Below, piece after piece: positions 9,779 to 24,100 of a stretch of DNA of 64,000 nt (position 1 is the first letter of the stretch; every line of letters begins with the position of its first letter). The notes below the pieces were generated by a model. That model was not told where the DNA came from. It searched no databases and worked only from the letters and a program-made list of their open reading frames with translations. The stretch comes from Yuukianura sp. NJ FZ-2021 (lineage: Eukaryota), in contig CM102285.1 of the NCBI GenBank assembly GCA_046563655.1, positions 11,470,001 through 11,534,000 of the forward strand. Reading direction: 5' to 3'. The position numbers were made by a program, and so were the translations under genes.

Positions 9779-12700
9779 TCCTGTTTATCCTTGTGTGTAC
9801 TCCTGTCACTCGATTGACGATTACTTGCAAAGTTCTGGAATCTTTCTGATTCCTCCGAACCTGAAAGCATTGCATTAATTCGTTGTAAACATGTTGACGT
9901 TGACCCTCCTATTCCCCTGTTTCCTCAAAAAGAATCTGTTTCTCAAGGTTGTCGCAAATGTTCCAGAATTTGTCGCGTTGCCTTTAATTCCCGCAGTGTT
10001 GCCATTGCTGCTGGTTTTCTAAACTTCCAGATTTTAGTGGTATTTTGTCTAAATGCCTAAATCTGCTGGCCTGGATACTGTTAAAAGCGTTTCCAGATTT
10101 CTCATTTGCATTACAACCAAAATTAGTCCAGGGGTAAAATGCGCATTGGAGTACAATTTAATGAGAATTGTTAAAATTGTCTAGGGAAAAATATGTCAAG
10201 ATCGCTTCTCAGCAAAGCGTCTCTAAAAGTTTTCTTTCGAATTTGCGAATCTAGACGAGATTTTCTCAATTTCAACTAAAAAGCATGTGCAAAGGAAGAT
10301 CTTCCTTGCGGAATCTTTTTTTTTAAACTTTGACAATTACAGTTATCCTGCCGTGAAAGCGAAAGAAAGTTTTCGAAATGATGTGGCTGATGATGATGAT
10401 CCGGTGGGACTTCTTTGCAGGAAACGAAATATAGTGGCTCATGCTCCACCGTAATTCTATTCCTCCCTCCCATCATGCTACCCTATAACTATAAACTTTT
10501 TGAAGATGAAAAAATAGAAGTTTGTAATTCTGAGGCTTTGGAGGGTTTAATTAAATTGGTCTAATTACCCTTACGCAACTCCCAGCCACAGAAATTGCCT
10601 GTATACGAACTCATACTGGCGTAAACTTAAGCCCCGCCACCCCGTAAAAGAAGACTTTCTCCCGTCCGACATCAGAATGAAGATTGAAGTACCCACAGGA
10701 AACTTTTTTCCTAACTTTCATAAATTTTATTTTCTTTCGCTTTTCAGACTTTACAAAGAAGCGCGTCCCGCTTTCTCCAGTCCCGGACAATGGACCATTC
10801 ACACCTTCACATCCAGGACACATTCCGTTTAATCAGCGTTGGACTCCACCATATCACCGAGCAGCTTGTGCTTTCGCCTGCCGTCGCCTAAATTCACGAG
10901 GACCCTTAACTCCAAGCCCAAGGCCGGGCACTGGTAAGTACTATTTAGAACGCTAAGTCGTCGCTGATTGGAAGTGGCTTTCAGGGGAAAGTGGTTCCAT
11001 AATCCAAAATCGATGGAGAGAACCTGCCTATTGTTTCTAGTTAGTTCACATTGGGAAAGTGAAAATGAGGGAGAGAAAGTGAAGAGGAAAGATTTTAAGA
11101 GATAATTTGGCACGGGAGGAGGACGCTGGAGCTGGAAGCGCTGCTGGATAGCTGTTGTTGCCGGCTTAGAAGGTTCCTGGCAGGAGAAGTTAATAAAGAA
11201 ATTAGGATCCAATTCAAGTGAAGCTCCAAGCGAAGTTGGTAATTAAGAGTTAGCTAAGAGGAAAAAGCCAATGTCGATGACTCCATTTGTCTTTCAATGA
11301 AATTAGTCGAATCGAATTCGAAGTGTACAGGAGCAGAGCAGCTCCCTATCTAGATCCAGAGAGAAGGGCCAGGGCCTTCTCAAGTGTCAAAACATTTAAG
11401 TGGGTGAGACAGGCCAAAGGGGGGAAGATGAGGTCGAGTTAGGCTAGACTACACTCAATGTTGCTATGTTGCTCAGAAGTAAGTGGAAGTTGAAGCTTTT
11501 TCGGAGGAAAAAAGCTTTTTTCCCAATCTGGGTTTCTTCCCTTCTTCACTTCCTTGTTAACTTCATTTGGAGTCAATGGCAGACGAGAGGCAGAGAGTCC
11601 AATGTAATAATAGCAGAGTCAGTTGAAGGAAAATGTCAGCTTCCTAATATGATCTTCTTCAGATTGCAACGTTGAAGAGAGGGGAAGTTCTGTTGAAAGG
11701 GAAACCTGGACGTAGTAGAAAGGAAATGGAGAAAGAAGATTCACTTTCTTTCATTAATCCTTGATTGGGACCACTACAAAAAGTCAAAGTCTCTTTCAGT
11801 TTTTGTGAAGGAGAGAAAGTTTTAGTTGAAGCCGCCGCAGCCACCAACTCTCTGCTCAAGTCGAGTCCCGCCAAAGAAAGGGAGAAGGAAGCTAATAATA
11901 GTAACAGAGAAAGTCATCTTTCTCGTGACTTTTGTGGGGGGAGCTAATAAGAAAGTGGGGTCTGGTTGACTTGACTTTCTCTTCTGACGCGTCTAAGATG
12001 AACTCAAAATGGGTAGTTTTTTTAGTTGGAAGAGGAAGATGAAGAGTCAGCATCCTCATTTCTCAAGAAGTCTTTGAAAACATGAGAATTTTGGGAGAAA
12101 ATAAGACTTTCTCCTTGGTTTCACTTTGATACTCCGACGTTGAAGTTAGGATATGATGCCGAAGGGATGGGTGTGCCTTTACCTCTGTTTTCTGAATTCT
12201 GACAGAGACTTTGTCATTAAATGCACGACGTGACTCTCCAAAGTAAATTGGCCTCGAACAATGTTTTACTTATACAGAGTTCATTTTCAAAATTCAGAAA
12301 AGCAAAAACGAAAACTTTCACCGTCCTTAAATATTAGGTATTGGATTTTTAGTGATCGCGGGATTTTTTTGCAGGATTTTATTTTTTGTTTCGCTTTTTT
12401 TTTTGTCGTGAAGACGTTTTTCAGTTGTCGTTTTAAGAGAAAGTCAGATTTTGCAGTTACTCAGGTTTTGTTGTTGGATGTGTAGGATTTTCGAATTTTT
12501 CCAAAACAACTTTGTACTTTTTGGTGAAAGTTGGAATTCATGGGACAACTAAAAGTTTGAGCTTGAGCCAAGAAGGCATAATCTTCTGTCTCTACTGTAA
12601 AATGGACCATTTTGAGAGTGGTTTAAAATGAGTGCCTTCTTCTTCTGACTTGAGACGGGGAAAGTCCTGGAAGAAAGTTAGGTTCTGTATGAGCAGTAGG

Positions 12701-15700
12701 AGTCAAGGAGTGGATCAGGAAGAAAGGAAGTGGCAGAGTCACGGAAGTTCAACTTGTGAAGACGAAGCCTTTCTTTCCAAAGACAGTCCACGGAAGGATG
12801 AGCTTAGGTTCTAAGGTTCCCCGGTTGTTCTTAGAAAACAGTTTTTAGGCAAGGGCATGGAGAAAGTGGAAAATAAGAGGATAGACTTTTGACATAGACT
12901 TCGATATGAACATGAATAGAAAGTAACTTGACTTATGTTGCTACTCAAATTTCTAAATCCGTCCTCCTTTCTCTTAAATCCTCCGAAGTAACAAAAAAAT
13001 GGGAACATTTTTTGTTGCTTTTTCTCTGTTCCAATCCGAATTCCACTTTGGGAAGGAAAATGGGAGATCCATTTACCCAGACTAGAGATGGATTTAATCT
13101 TTAATATATCAAGAGTCTCGACTAAAGTGGAATTATTAAATTCCAATCATTCATTCGGGATGAGACACTGTAATGCTTTCTCTTCATTTTTCAAAGAGAA
13201 AACTCACTTTGGCATACACTTGATGATGAGCTCGAAATTGGCAAATTACCATTAGCTGGAAGTGGGTTTTGTTAGTTAATTTGCATGTCAGGGTTATAAA
13301 AGAAACTTTACTTTAAGCCAGGGAAGTTTGAAAAAAAAAATTAAGAAAATTACTATTTTGGAGAGAAAAAAGTGTGGGACGCGCGTCAGCGAAAGCAGGG
13401 AGTCACTTTTGAACTTTATCTCCCCACTGCTTTCACAATGCTTTCTCTGCATAAAGTTAATAAAATTGAATTTCGAAGACTTTCCCTCTTCTTTTCCCCT
13501 ACTTTTTTTTTGTAAAAGGAATAATGAGTCGGAGAGGGTTAAGAAAGTAGAAAAAGTAAAGAAAAAAAATTGGAGGGTGGAATTAATTAAACCATACTTT
13601 CTCTTTTAACAAGTTGGCGCGCATAAATAGAGTTCCAGACTTAAGCGGAGGGTGTAGGATCCTGAAACAGAAAAAACTGCAGGAGGAGAGAAAAAATGCA
13701 GGAGAAAGTTGAATAAGTACAATTTATATGCAAAGTGTAAAGGGAAAGTAAAGAGGAGATTTTGGGATAGCAAGGGAGAGGAAAAAACCGTAAAGTTTAT
13801 AGTAGGTTAGAAGGAAAACAGAGAAAGTAAAGGTGAAGCTGTCGTTAGTTTTTTACAAATACGGAGGCATTTTTTTCTTTGATCATAAAGTCTTAGAAGC
13901 TTAAAAAGCTTACAAGCCCATCGCTCAAAGTTTGCTTTTCCTTGGTTTCATCTTTGAAGCTTGTTAGCAGTAAGCGGTAGCAGTCAAACTTTCTCTAACT
14001 TTCTCAAGGGATGCACGAAACCTTTGAACTTGAAAAAACTTGCCTCGGGTCAAGCTTATTTTAATTCGAAATTGGAGAAGTGCTGTTCTGAACAACGAAC
14101 TGCTAAAGCATTTCTTTGTTCTAAAAATATCTGGTGCTTCGAGAGTGACAGAAAATTGATAGTTGCGGAGGCTAAAGTTGGACAAGGATTTGTTGTTGTG
14201 GCTAAGCTTTTAGAACTGAACTTAGCCTGTTCTGAACATCCGCTTTTCAAAACAGACCAAAAGTCCCATCCTTGGGCCAAGTTTCATTAATTTGAACAGA
14301 GCAGCAGTAAACTTTTTTTGTTCAAACAGATAGCTTTGGCGAGGGTGGAGGGTGATGTTATTGACCAAAGGAAGTGAGCGGGGGAGGGTGGAGGAGACTA
14401 TCGGTTAGGGCGAAGGTCACAAAGTAATAAATTCGGATAGAAGTTTACTAAATGCTAAGGGATCACAGAGGATCACTACAGAGAGAGTTTCTGTCTCAAT
14501 TTTTCTAATTAAGATGAAATGTGAACTGGAAGGGAGGAAAAGAGGAGCCCTTTGGTCAAAATCCGAATTCTGCTGGGGGTCATTTCTGAAATAAATATTT
14601 ATTAGGGCTTCATCCGTAGGTCGAAGTTTTCATTTCAGCGTTCTTCTGAACTAAAGCAGGAGGGAGGGGGCGAACGAGTGATCGCCAGAAGGACTTTTGG
14701 TTTCTTATTTCCACGAATCGCTGAGCGCTGAAGCGGAAAGTATTGGGCACATGAGAATCGTCCGAGTATTTACAAATTCTGGGAATGATCTCACACGTTA
14801 AGCTTAGCTTGGGCTTTCCATTTGGTTCCAAGGAATTAACACTCTGGGTGGAAATTTGTTACCCGGGTTAGGGCGTAACCCGGTTGATTTCACTTATGAT
14901 TTGAAGTACTATGTTGGTCGACTCTCCGAGTTTTTGAGATGTTTGAGTAACTTGAGAAGTCCTTTTCAAAAAAAAAAGTTTAGAAATGAGATATTCCCTT
15001 CGTCTGTCCTGACGTTAACAGTTCAGGGACAGTGCTCACGATAACGCTTTTTTGTTTCAACGTTTGACGACTTGCGAGGCATAATCTGTCAAGGCTTTTC
15101 GGCCTTGTTCTAAGCCTCGAAAAGCTTGGGACCGTCTATCGTATCATATTCAGTCTTTATGGCCTATGCTGCACGAAACTGAAAAAAGTCACGAGATTTT
15201 GATTATTTTCAGAAAGTCAAAGCCAAAGTTTCCTTCTTTTTGTGTAGGGAGTTTCAAGTGCCCTGAGTCAGTGGACTTTGTTGTTAGTCGTCCAAGATCC
15301 TGAGTCAGCCCAAAGAAAGACAAAAGGGCCCCCTCTCAATCCCTCCGGCTTTTTTTGACAACAATCATTTGACCAAACCCTGCAACAATGACGAAGGGAT
15401 CGGCTTTTGCTTTTAATGCTTTTCGGTGGAGCAAAAAGCTGTCGCAATGAATTTCTATTCTGGGAAAAACCTAATTACTCCCTGCCTGGTGATGATGGTC
15501 AGCCTCAGAGTGGAGGATGGTGTTAATTATTTAGTTTCAGAGAGGAAGCAATGCCGAAGTACCTCGTGGAACATAGTGTTGGACATTATAAATCTTAAGA
15601 GCTTTGTGTTTGTGTTCTGTAAAGTAACGGGACGCTTGGGATTTTAGCGTTTCCCGTCTAAAACAATGTGTGGGACAAAAGTAAGGGAGACAGGATTGTC

Positions 15701-17312
15701 ATTAGACTGAGGAAAATGGCTTAGATCCGGCATGGAAACATTATAGCTTGTACTTGAACAACCAACATTAGGTTAGGGTTAGTCCTGAAGCTAGTGGTCC
15801 ACAACGGTTCCATTCTTCCTGGAGCGTTTCCTTGAAGACTACCCAGTTCACTGTCTACTGCACTTCTGGCTGTAGGGAGGCAGAAAGTGTCTAGGTTTAG
15901 GTTGCTATCCCAGTGAAGGAAAAAACCGTCAGACGTCGGCTCCGCGCAGCGTTCCTTCCAGTCCCAGCTTACCTAAAAGTACCATAGTCTGGTTGCTCCA
16001 CTCCAACCAAGTTCAATTCCCCTAAGCTAAAGCTATAACAAGTTACTTTGGAAGAGGAAACGAGGCCCAGGACCATCATTCACAAAAGGTCTGCTTCCAC
16101 CAACCGGCCGTCCCGTTCCAGTCATTCGTTTCATTCTCCTTACTGGTCTAAAAAAAACTTTCACTTCCAAAAAATTTTGGGAGAAAGGTAGCAGTGCTGT
16201 ATTAACCAGAATAACATTCGACACTGAAATCAGTCACAGCAGAGTGCAAAAAATTAACTTTTCGGGAATTTCTGAAATTGTGAAAGTTTTTGAAAAGGAA
16301 CAAAAAAGTGGTTTGAGTTGATCCAGGACTAGCCACTTGTTACTCAAGTTAAAAGTTGTTATTCTTTCGTCTGGAAGTGGACACTTTTGTTTGTGTCTTT
16401 TATTTGTGGAAAGTGACATTTGGGGGATTTAAGAAACAACTCAGCTTGGATTCTCGTGAGACTTTCTCCACTAACGCTAAGCTGGACAATTTCTGAAGGC
16501 CATCTTAGGTCGTAAGTATGAAATCTTGTTTGTGCTCATCATCAAAAAGATTTGATATTTTTTGCTTCTTAAACCTAGTGGGTTTTACTTTCTTTGTTCT
16601 CAAAAGTGTAGAAAAACAATAACATCTTCTAGAAATTTTGAATACGGATGCCATTAATCTTTGGTTATTCAGATGTTAGTGTCAACTTATTAACAATTTA
16701 CTACCCCTACCACATCTTTCTCTCGAAAAGAAAGGAAGGTTTGCTTTCTCCAAATCGAATCTTTTCCGAGTACAACTAAAGGTGAAGGAGCAGAAGAAAT
16801 TTGAAACAAGATCTTCTCTGTTTTGAACAAGAGCTCCAGTAGATTTTGATTTATTGTTATCAGGCCGTTTTGACAGGAAGAGGGAGAAAAGGAAACTAAT
16901 AAATCAGTTTAAGACTTTGGAAGTTCTTTGGCTCTTCCTACTTGAGTAAAAACATGAAGATGCTTCAAAGGATGCCAGCTACTGGTTCTTGCTGGAAGAA
17001 CTTCTTTACAACTTATAAGGAAGTCGCTGTTAATTAGAAGCTTAGGCACTTTGGTCCTTCCTAATAATTTCTAAACAAACAGGGAGTGACAAAGGAGAAG
17101 AAATGAAAGTGGATTTTAATTATACCTCGTTAGGTAGATTACTCAAGGGATAAAGAAATAAAGCATAACAAAAACATCACTTTTCTCTACTAAAATCATT
17201 TTCGGAATTTGGAATCAATAGTTTTTATGCCAGCTTTCACTTAAGTTTTGACATTTTATCTTTTTTTTTAATAGGTCAAGTCTAATCCAGCAGTCATTCT
17301 TACCCCACCACG

Positions 17313-18146
17313 ATGTGTGAACGGGCTAGAAGATCCCGAGACTCGTCGTCTCGATATTCGATTGATACGCTGTTTCCAGGACTTGGGAATGGAAAAGGGG
17401 GTGGTGACTCTGGAGGTATCCTGGAGATGGTAATAGACGGAATTGAATTGAGTTCACCATGCGGAACGACTCACTCATCAACCAATGGCACCCTTATCCA
17501 GCACTCCAAAGCCAGAAGAGTCACCACGAAGGGTGTATCCCGGTCTGGGTCATCCACTAGAGACTCTGTCAATCTCCCCCGAGATGACCACGATAATGGA
17601 ACCAATCTATCACGTCTCGTCGAATCCACCACCACAAGCAGCAGCAGTGGCTCTGTTTCTTTGCGGAGAGGGAAACCTTCCAGAACCAAACCACCACCAC
17701 CATGTCGCTCTCCACCAGCAGCGTCCAAGGCCAGAACCGAAAAGCGTTCCAAGAACCCGTCATCCGTCAAAACATGTGGGACGGCCACAAAGCGTCGAGC
17801 TTCTAGTCCACTCAAACCCACATCTCTCCCCAAGCAAATTACTCCTCTGTCAGGAACCTCAACCACACGAATGTCACGAATTGGAATGCAGGAGGCCTTT
17901 CAGCCCTTCTGTCTCTGGGTTCTGGCTACCTATGGAGATGCAGCCAAGACCAAAACAATTACACGCAAGAAGTGTGCACGAATTATTAAAACTCTCCGGG
18001 GGGAAGAGATAAATAATGCAGAAAACTCCAAATTTCGATTCTGGGTCAAAGCCAAAGGATTTCATATTGGATTGCCACCGGGACTTTCTCCAGACGAACT
18101 TGGCCCGACTGAGCAGCCGCACCTCTATGTTCCAACTACAGTCAAG
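17313..18146 (+). CDS. Nol4: NOL4-like coding exon 1
   Basis: Acceptor at 17274 with an in-frame TAA at 17283 upstream of ATG 17313. Conserved block from ~17886 onward. Donor AAG|GTAAGC. Confidence 0.88.
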
Positions 18147-21100
18147 GTAAGCTTCACTGTCCTTAGCTTTTTTTCGCTTGAGCAATTTTGTTCTTTCGCT
18201 TCGCCAGAACTCAGTCGAATGGTGTTTTGTTACTGTAAAAAATGATGAAGAATTGTTGGGCTCGAGAATTTTCGTCTAAAAGTGTTCTCTAGCGTAGCCC
18301 TCCAAGACGAAATTTGAGAACCTGCCCATTTCATTAGGTTTTGCTGAGCTGGAAAGGTTACGTGTTATGGTTAGGTTAAGTCGACCTCCGTCCTAGACAG
18401 CCTTGTCGTTGAAAGTCAGTTGTTTCTAGACTTGGGACAGGCAGAAAGTGATTGATGAGTTGAGTGATGAGGTTCTCGTCCTTATCCCCTTAGTTCGTAT
18501 CTCACGTTCCAATATCATCAGCAGGCCCGGAGACGCTAGCTTTCCCAACTAAAATGGATGGGAAAATGTGTCGGGGAGAGACGTTGTCGTCAAGCCGCTG
18601 CTGGATACCCCTCCATGGTCTCCGTGATATGATCTCTCCGATTTCTCCGTCATCTCCAGACCCACTTCCATCATTGTCCTCAATTTCCTTTTTTCATTTC
18701 GTCTCTCTCACACCAACTTTGAAACCTTTTAGACTGAATTGGATCTCAACACGTTGGGTACTAGGACAGATTGAGTCTAAAACGTAGCATGAGAAAGTCA
18801 CTGTTCAATCTCAGTCTGCCATAACTAAATGTCAGTGCCGTATCCGTCACTCCACCGCCGGGACGGTCCTGAAACGGCTAACAATTTTCAGTCACAAGTT
18901 CCGTTCTAGTATTTGTGAGACGCCAAGAAGACTATTTATACGAGTTTGTATGTATGTCTGTCCGTCGACATTTTTTTATTGGCTTGTTTTACGGTTGAAT
19001 CAGAGTCCAAAAACTTTTCTTATATTGTTGGAGAAAGTTTGTCTTTGGTGAATTCATACAGCAGAAGCCAATGAAATCATGAACTCTATAAAAAAAAATT
19101 CGAAAAAGTGAGATGTAAAGTTCAGGTCAAGATGAAGTGAAAGCTGGTCCACCAAGAAAGCTGATCTCAAAAATTCCTATTCTGGTTGTCAAGGATAAAA
19201 TCCTGGACAAACTTTAGTCTCGGCTATTGCAATTCTCTGTGTATCATCATAAACATGCAAACGACAAAATTCGGAGTTCGGACTCACAACGAGAAAACCC
19301 GTCAAGGATGCTGAAACCATTCCCATTTCTGTTCTGTGTGATCTTGGAGGCTTTTCTTCCTGAATACTTAACCAGGTCTCGCCTGCTGCTTCAGCCTCCA
19401 TACCTCCATGACAGAGTTGTTAGAGTAGCCTTTTCATCCTTTCTCGGACTAGGATATTCTGGTGGTAGGGATATTTATATTCAAAGTCTCAAGTGCCATT
19501 CTAGTGCTCCACCACACCGTTCCAAATGTGCCCCACCAAAACCAACACGCTCCCTCACAAATTCATTTCCTTTCCCCAAAGCATTTCCTCCTCGACGACT
19601 TCGTTTTGGTTACTAGGGACCATGGAAATTGCAAATTGGCTCCTTTGCTAAGCAACCGACTCTTGACTTGCTCTTATGGTTCACCAAGGCCATCTCATTT
19701 CGCATTTGGATTCCACATGACCAGATTTCACTTTCTAGTTTGAGGCACTTCTTGTCCGGGCACTTGCCGGCTGGAAATGAAACTTCTAGGAGTCGAAATT
19801 GAGTAATTTAGAAAAGAGAAAGTTTGAAGGGGACGACTTTTTTTTTCGTATCCACGACAAAGGAAGTGAAAGGGCTAACCGCAGTGGATTTCTCCAGCGG
19901 AGGTTGACTTTTCCAAAAGGCAGCAGAAGTCGGTCACCAAATTTTGACGGAAACATTTTCTTGGATTGTTTCAATGCTCGGCTCATGCGCAGGGTAGAGT
20001 GTTGAGGCTGACATTTGTTATCTTGATTATGTATGGCCACAATTAACAAACCACTCCAGGTTTCTAGCAGATCTTTCCAGGCTAATCATCTATTCTTCAA
20101 GGAGAGCATGGGTCCTATTTGGAGTTGGAGCTTTTCCTATAAAAAAAAATCGGTGTAATCTGAAGGAGGGGAGACTACAGGGATACTTGGAGAGTGAGCC
20201 TTGATGGAAGAGAATTATAATGAACATTGCATTAGACAAGGAAGGGAACCACGGTTCCTTGACTCTCTTTTCCTCTTGCCAAGGCTCCTAAACTTTCTAG
20301 CCTAACCTAACATAGTCAGTGAGGGATGAAGTGGAAGAGACTTGTTCCTTGGCTACTCGGGAAAGCACAGTTTCTTTACTTATAAGCGGAAACCAAGTGA
20401 GGAGAAGTTAACATGAAGATTTCTCTGTAAGTTCAATTGGACATGGCCCAGAGCTGGAGTCTTTTTGGTTCGATGGACCTGGGTAGTGAATCGAATTTTG
20501 GGTTTTGGTCCATCTGGATTTTGTTACGGTAGAGGAACATAGGGAAGACGTCACTGTAAACCCTACATGACAGTTCTGTCCTCCTCCTATGGAGCAGGGT
20601 TAAGTCAAGTCTCAAAATCCAAAATCCGGCACTTTGGAAACTTTCTCTTTCGCTTCCTCTTCTTCGGAGAAAGGCCATAGTGAGCCATGTCACATGCACA
20701 CATTAGAAGCCTCAAAGACTTTCGACGCTGAAAGGTATCCATACGCTGCAATCGTTGAATCTTGTTCCATGCTCGTCCTGCTAAAGGTTAGGCTCGGCAA
20801 CTTATGCTTTCACACTGCAAAGAACTTTTGGGTCAGGAAAGTTTCACTTTCACTTACGTTTTTCCGGAACTTTTCTAGTCTGTTGCTGTTCTGCTTCTTT
20901 TTTCTTATTTTGTTCACTTAGTGGCATGGAGATCACGGCCCGTGCAGGTATTCAGAGGTGTAGGTTCAAATCTTTCCTCTAAAATTTTCCTTTTGTGTTT
21001 TGCACCATCGCAAAGTTTCACATTCTAAAAAGAAATCTCAAGCTTCAATCTTCCTTTTGTTTCTATGAGAGTAGTTTTGATTTTTGGAGTGTTTATCACC

Positions 21101-24100
21101 TTGTAGCAGACATAGACATGAAACTTGTAGAAACAGCATTTGCAATAATTTATCAAACAAGTCTCGTTTTTTTTTTTGAAAAACTGCATTTGCACTCAAA
21201 CAAGCCTCTTTTTTGAAACCTGCATTTGTACAACCAGACCCGATTTAAAAACATTGTGACAAATTGGAATTGAGGAGAGTATACTGAATGGCTTTTTAAG
21301 GTCGTGTCAAATTGGACCAAACGCCTTTTTGGTACGCCCATTGACATTTGGTGAATGAAGTTCTGATGACAGTCCACAATTATTGACACGAAGGGGTTCC
21401 ATGGTAAAATCGAACAAAAACGGACCCTTTACTATGGCGAGTCGAATCCCTTAGCTCCTTCCCTGCTCTCTTGTTTGGCGTAATTTGAAAGATCACTTTG
21501 GAAGGATAACCCGTTTGAAGTGTTTCCAATTCCAAGCATATAATTTTCCAGTAGAGTGGCTCCGTATGTCAACTTTCCTGTTCCCCTCTTTCTCCATCTC
21601 TACCATTGTTAATTTACGTTTTGAAGGACTTGGCTCAAGTTTTTTTTAAAAGGAGTGAGTGGAAAGAGAGAAGGGACGACATGGTTTTTGGACTGATTTT
21701 ATAACTTTGGGTTGGATCCATAATGTACTTGAAATAAAATCGTATTCTCCCGCTTTGGGAAGACGAAGAAGCGACAGGGGAAGAGGCAATTTCTGCTAAT
21801 GGGGTGAAAGCTTTTTCCTCTCGACCCACATAGGCAACATACTAACCTGACTGGGGAGTTGCTTTTGGCTTTATGGAAAATGTGAAAGTGGGCCCTCAGC
21901 TTTTCCAGTGGAAGAGGAAAGAGAGCCTTTGGTATCATCATAATGTTTTTGTGGCCTGACATATCCTGGAACCTGGGTTATACAAAGCCTTTTTGGATAT
22001 TCCGGAGACAAGTGCTCGTTAAAAAATGAGACCAAGAGATGCTGGCATAAAAAAGCTCAAGTACCCCCACCCACTTAGGTTACGACTGGGATGCTCTTCT
22101 GCAAGTCCCTATTTTTGATGCGTCTTTTAAGTAGTATTAACCTTCCGTCGAGATAAGTTTATGCGTCTAGGAAAAGGCAAGAGGGATGATGCATGTTAAA
22201 AACAAAAATTCCGTTCCTCCATCACTTTGCAAATTTTTTAATAGAGGTATGACGATTTTTTTGAAGTTAGTATATTTTGCATTCATAAGTTTGACTTGCA
22301 GCAGAATATTCAAAATTTGGTTCTAAACTTTGAAGTTGATCTTCATTCAGATCAATTTTGAAGTGTCCAAATTCCACGCTGATGAGTGAAATTTTAACCG
22401 AATCTTTGAAGTTCTTGTTTAGTTTTACTTCAGGTTTCTCTTCATGCTTTTCTTTGTTAAAGTTGGGCCTTAGGTGATTGCTTTAGGTTTGATCGTCAGT
22501 CTAAGCAAGTCGGAGTTTCTTAGTACAGATTATTGTAATATTTTACGTGTCAGCAGCTTGTACTTCAATTTGTCACCCTCTTGGATTTAAATAAAGGAGG
22601 CAGGAAGGGGTGTTCGTGATTAGATCTTAGGAGGAAGGTATAACGCTAAACAGAATTATCCTCGCTCCAGTACTTGCTCTTTCTAAGATGGATTTCTTTA
22701 GCTTTAGAGCCGAAAGACTCAAGGAACTTTTTTTTTGACAGATGTAAATTAGAGAAACACCTTTTCAGAACTTTCGATTCTTTAAGGGCTCTGCTGTTCG
22801 CTTTTTTGAGAAAATAGAGAAGCGTTTCTTGTTTAATAAAATTAAGTTGATCCAAAAGCCTTTTTCAAAAAATGAAGGGTGGCTTCTCCTGTGCGTTTTT
22901 CGACTTTAAAATTTAGTCGTACTTTTACGAAAGAAGTAGAATTTTAAAAAGTAAAAAAGATTTTGACGGGATGTTGAAAAAAAAGTCCCTAGTGAAAGTG
23001 TTCATCACATTTTTGAGAAAGCTGGATCTCATTATTAGATTTCCCAACTAAAGGGAAGATTGGAAATAAGGAGGGTGAGAGAATAGGGAAATTTTTTGAC
23101 ATGGTGTGTTAGCAGCAGGAAGAAGGAAAATCAAAAAATGTAAAAATATTGAAAAGCAGCAAAAGTGACAAGGACTTTTCCCTAAAACTTGTATCTGATG
23201 GGAGAACTTTTTTTTTACTTTTACTTTCTCCTGGATTCGAACTCACATACAGGAAGTTTCTGCGAAGAGGATGAGAACAGGGAAAGGAGGAAGGGGAAGT
23301 TTTAGATGAGAATTTTTTTTTCTACTCCAAATTTTTTGAATTGGAAAAGAGGGATTTTTCTATTTGAACGGTGCTTTCTCCTAGGTTTTATTTCGTGGGC
23401 TTTTTCTTTTTTGTTCTCCCTCGCTTGGAAGCATACCTTCCGATCCGAGTAATTTAAGAGCCCTATTATTGGACGGTGAAAACTCATTAATTAAATGGAG
23501 AGAGTTAGAGAATAGGCAGGAGATTATATATGAGAGTGCATTAAGAACAGGATATTTTACACAAAAGTCTTTCTCTCTAACCCTTTTCCTCGCCTAATTA
23601 CACTCATGCGCTACTTCAGCAGAATGTCAACTAGAAATTTCTGCCAGGAAATTAATACTTTCTCTTTCCACTTTCTTCTAACTCGACCGGAATAACTCAA
23701 AGTAAAGCTTATTTCAGACAAAACTTGTAGAGAAAAATTTGCAGAAGTGTTTGTAAAAACGAAAACTTTGGATTTATACTTGCAACAGAAAATTCTCCTT
23801 TTGTTATTTCTTTTCAATAATGATGGATTGTTAAATTTTTGGATTTTTTTTTTAGCTTTTTGAATCATGTACTAGTACTAGTATTGTGTGGGACGAACTC
23901 GGAAAGGCCGTAAAAGGAGGATGACAGGAAAAGGAAGATTTCCCGTGTCTTCATTTCGACATTGAGTCAGGGGGCTTAGCTTATGGCCAATTGCTTTCTC
24001 CTCCAAAAATATTATTTCTTCTTTCTCTCCTTCTGGATAGTGGCTGTCTGGAACAGACTCGACTAGAGGCAACGGGATGCCTTGTCTCCTTCATCTCAAT

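Noticed and set aside
9660..9875. 71-aa minus-strand ORF as the upstream part of the defensin-like gene
   Set aside because: Wrong frame. The signal-peptide exon (9778-9719) lies in a different frame and ends at a canonical donor.
17471..18185. Antisense and alternate-frame ORFs over NOL4 exon 1
   Set aside because: Shadow ORFs of a GC-richer coding exon with no recognisable motifs.
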